Assembly (NCBI GenBank): GCA_034667185.1
Contig: JAXDKH010000262.1
Coordinates: 1 to 34,203 of the forward strand
Reading direction: 5' to 3'
Origin: Chloroflexia bacterium
GTDB taxonomy: Bacteria > Chloroflexota > Chloroflexia > QHBQ01 > JADMIH01
DNA: 34,203 nt
This document shows, piece after piece, positions 32,377 through 34,203 of this stretch. The notes under the pieces are model-generated. The model made no database searches. It worked only from the letters and a program-made list of their open reading frames with translations, and had not been told where the DNA came from. The stretch's first letter is position 1. Each line of letters opens with the position of its first letter. The position numbers were made by a program, and so were the translations under genes.

Positions 32377-33096
32377 ATGCCCGACATACTCAGCCTGCTC
32401 GATACGTACGGTGTGCTACTCCTCTTCGCCGTCATCCTCTTCAAGGAGATAGGTGTGCCCGTGCCGGTCCCCGGCGACCTGCTCATGCTCCTTGCGGGTG
32501 CTCGCGCCGCCACGGGCAACCTCGACCTCTGGCAGGTGCTCCTCGCTGCCACAATCGCAGGGTTCGTTGGCGCCTTCGTCCAGTACTTCCTCGCTCGCGG
32601 CCCTGGTCGTGGCATCATCTACCGCTTCGGCAAATACGTCGGCCTCACCCCGACCCGCCTCGACAAGGCGTCCGCCAGCATAAAGACCCGCGGCTGGGTA
32701 GCCATAGCCCTCGCACGCGCCCTCCCTGGTCTGCGCATAGGTGCCGTAGCCGCCTGTGGCCTCGCCTCCGTCCCACTCGGCACATTCTCAATTGGCCTCC
32801 TGGCAGGCACCATCCTGTTCGTTGGCTTCCACACGCTGCTGGGCTTCTTTGCCGGTCCCGGCGTGGGTGCCGTCCTCTCGAACTTCAACATCCCACTCCT
32901 ACCTGTTCTGCTCATTCTTGCGATCGCCGGACTAATCGCCTGGTTCTTCATAAAACGTCGCCAGCGCGCAACATCAACAGATGACGCAGTACCCGCGCTC
33001 CTCGACTGGGCCGATGCCTGTTGCCCGGTATGTCTAGCCGCAGCAGCCCTGGAAAGGCGGATCATGCCAACCGAATTGCAGGCGGCAAGCAGTTGA
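32377..33096 (+). CDS. DedA/SNARE-associated family membrane protein
   Basis: It has LLLFAVILFKEIGVPVPVPGDLLMLLAG (the DedA G-x-P-x-PGD/E motif) and 5-6 TMs. The C-terminus carries CCPVC. Confidence 0.8.
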   Translation: MPDILSLLDTYGVLLLFAVILFKEIGVPVPVPGDLLMLLAGARAATGNLDLWQVLLAATIAGFVGAFVQYFLARGPGRGIIYRFGKYVGLTPTRLDKASASIKTRGWVAIALARALPGLRIGAVAACGLASVPLGTFSIGLLAGTILFVGFHTLLGFFAGPGVGAVLSNFNIPLLPVLLILAIAGLIAWFFIKRRQRATSTDDAVPALLDWADACCPVCLAAAALERRIMPTELQAASS

Positions 33097-33120
33097 CCGG
33101 CATCTGATCCAGGCCACGTC

Positions 33121-33183
33121 TGTCATTTCGAACATACGGCTGTGCACAGGGTAACTCCGCGAGAAATCTCGTCCCTTAGCACA
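33121..33183. repeat. Solo, rearranged copy of palindromic element family 2
   Basis: tgtcatttcgaac (33121-33133) and gagaaatctcgtcccttagcaca (33161-33183) match the arm of the 5273-5405 element (ttgtcatttcgaacggagtgagaaatctcgtccctcagcaca), with a 27-nt insertion between them. Confidence 0.65.
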
Positions 33184-33210
33184 CAAACATTACCCCAAAG
33201 GAGAGGATAC

Positions 33211-33834
33211 ATGGCAACCAAACTGGCAGCCACAGAAACAACCCCCGCCTCAACCCCAAAACCCACCTTCGACCCCGACCGCCTCGCCCAACTCGAAGTA
33301 GCAGGCTTCCGCGCCTACTACGACCGCAAATGGCTGCTCTGCTTCCGCCTCCTGGCCCAGCTAGCCCACGAACAATTCCACCTGTCTGTCCCGCGTGCGA
33401 TCCAGGCCGCCTACTACATCACGCGCGCCTCCATCGCCTGGGCACCCGTAGACCACGACACCCGTAAGGTCCGCCTCTACATCCGCAAGTTCTACCGCCT
33501 CGCCGTCAAGCATGGCAAGACCTTCCACTTCGACCCCGACACCGTAGCCCGCCTCGAATACGTCTACTGGGACGAGCACCGCAAGCTCTCCGGTCGCCCC
33601 CAGCCCGAAAAGGCCCCGCTAGTCCAGTCCCTTACCGACCTCCACGCCGCAATCTTCAACCTCACCCCCGAAGCCGCCATGCCCTCCGCCATCGACCGCG
33701 CCCACTGCACCGACACCGTAGACGAAATCACCGGCCACCGCTCCACCAACGTCGAAGCCGATTGGCAGCTTGCCGAAGACTACCTCCGCACCGCCTACCG
33801 CGACGTAGCGGGGAATTTGGGAATTCGGAATTAG
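33211..33834 (+). CDS. Hypothetical helical protein (207 aa)
   Basis: It starts MATKLAATETTP... AGGAGAGG lies upstream of ATG 33211. The tracked 33142 start reads through the family-2 repeat. The last 7 codons and the stop lie inside repeat copy C. Confidence 0.6.
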   Translation: MATKLAATETTPASTPKPTFDPDRLAQLEVAGFRAYYDRKWLLCFRLLAQLAHEQFHLSVPRAIQAAYYITRASIAWAPVDHDTRKVRLYIRKFYRLAVKHGKTFHFDPDTVARLEYVYWDEHRKLSGRPQPEKAPLVQSLTDLHAAIFNLTPEAAMPSAIDRAHCTDTVDEITGHRSTNVEADWQLAEDYLRTAYRDVAGNLGIRN

Positions 33835-33908
33835 GATTTCGGATTTAGAAGAGGGGAGGTGGGGACACCCCACAAATCCGCAATCCGAAATCCCAATTCC
33901 CAAATTCC
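33812..33908. repeat. AT-rich palindromic heptamer-array element, family 1, copy C
   Basis: The arms are GGAATTTGGGAATTCGGAATTAGGATTTCGGATTT (33812-33846) and AAATCCGCAATCCGAAATCCCAATTCCCAAATTCC (33874-33908), with 31 of 35 positions complementary. The last 29 nt of the right side are identical to copy A. Confidence 0.88.
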
Positions 33909-33970
33909 TCCCCACTTTGGTATAATTCTAAGCTGGTGACCATTTCTCACCGCCTTGGAAACATGCCAAA

Positions 33971-34203
33971 TTGCGCGACACTCTCATCAAAGTAGATATG
34001 CACTGCCATACACGCCTGAGCGCGGACTCCCTTAACGACCCACGAAGGCTGGTGGATGCCGCCTATGCCAGGGGCCTGGGTGCTCTATGCGTCACCGACC
34101 ACAACGGCCTGGCCAACTCCCTCGCCCTCTCCCAGATGACCGACCTCCCCATCAAGGTGGTCGCCTCCGAAGAGGTCAAGAGCAATCAGGGCGAGATCAT
34201 TGG
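33971..34203 (+). CDS. PHP-domain metal-dependent phosphoesterase, N-terminal fragment (runs off the window)
   Basis: My translation is (L/M)RDTLIKVDMHCHTRLSADSLNDPRRLVDAAYARGLGALCVTDHNGLANS... The HxH and DHN motifs are typical of the PHP fold. The start is TTG 33971 or ATG 33998. Confidence 0.7.
   Translation, partial: MRDTLIKVDMHCHTRLSADSLNDPRRLVDAAYARGLGALCVTDHNGLANSLALSQMTDLPIKVVASEEVKSNQGEII

Overview
High-GC bacterial chromosomal segment; hand counts of flank lines give about 65 % GC or more. The gene content suggests a Chloroflexota/Terrabacteria-type host: an SLH-variant wall protein, a GAF/HisKA_2 kinase, a cyclase-STAND-TPR protein and leaderless-type promoters. That host assignment is inference only. 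No database search or computation was possible; all calls come from reading the ORF translations and the DNA.

Gene order:
- A cell-envelope glycan operon on the minus strand: partial polyprenyl glycosylphosphotransferase, GT2, and tRNA-Arg(TCT) upstream.
- A tandem-GNAT acetyltransferase and two membrane proteins.
- A geranylgeranyl-reductase-family flavoprotein.
- A cytoplasmic GAF-GAF histidine kinase convergent with a stand-alone receiver.
- An orphan ABC ATPase.
- A 925-aa nucleotide cyclase-STAND-TPR protein and a tiny Cys-rich protein.
- An SH3b-SH3b-NlpC/P60 wall hydrolase and a ferritin-like membrane protein.
- A TetR regulator flanked by two divergent ABC-2 exporter pairs that share a palindromic operator.
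- An FAD oxidoreductase, an SLH protein, a CNNM/CorC protein and rluB.
- An MFS transporter, a DedA protein, hypotheticals and a partial PHP phosphoesterase.

The most unusual region is about 27040-30057. It is an abrupt, roughly 3-kb low-GC block (hand counts 38-48 %) with its own extended -10 promoter and three tightly packed genes: a C-terminally membrane-anchored QW-repeat alpha/alpha-barrel protein, a Hint-type HIT protein, and a canonical cytidylate kinase whose start overlaps the HIT gene. There are no mobility genes. I flag it as a candidate uncharacterised nucleotide-centred cassette. The main alternative is xenologous replacement around a positionally conserved cmk.

Two families of AT-rich palindromic intergenic repeats also occur. 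Family 1 is built from GGRATTK heptamers and has three copies. Family 2 has one nested 215-bp palindrome and one solo copy.
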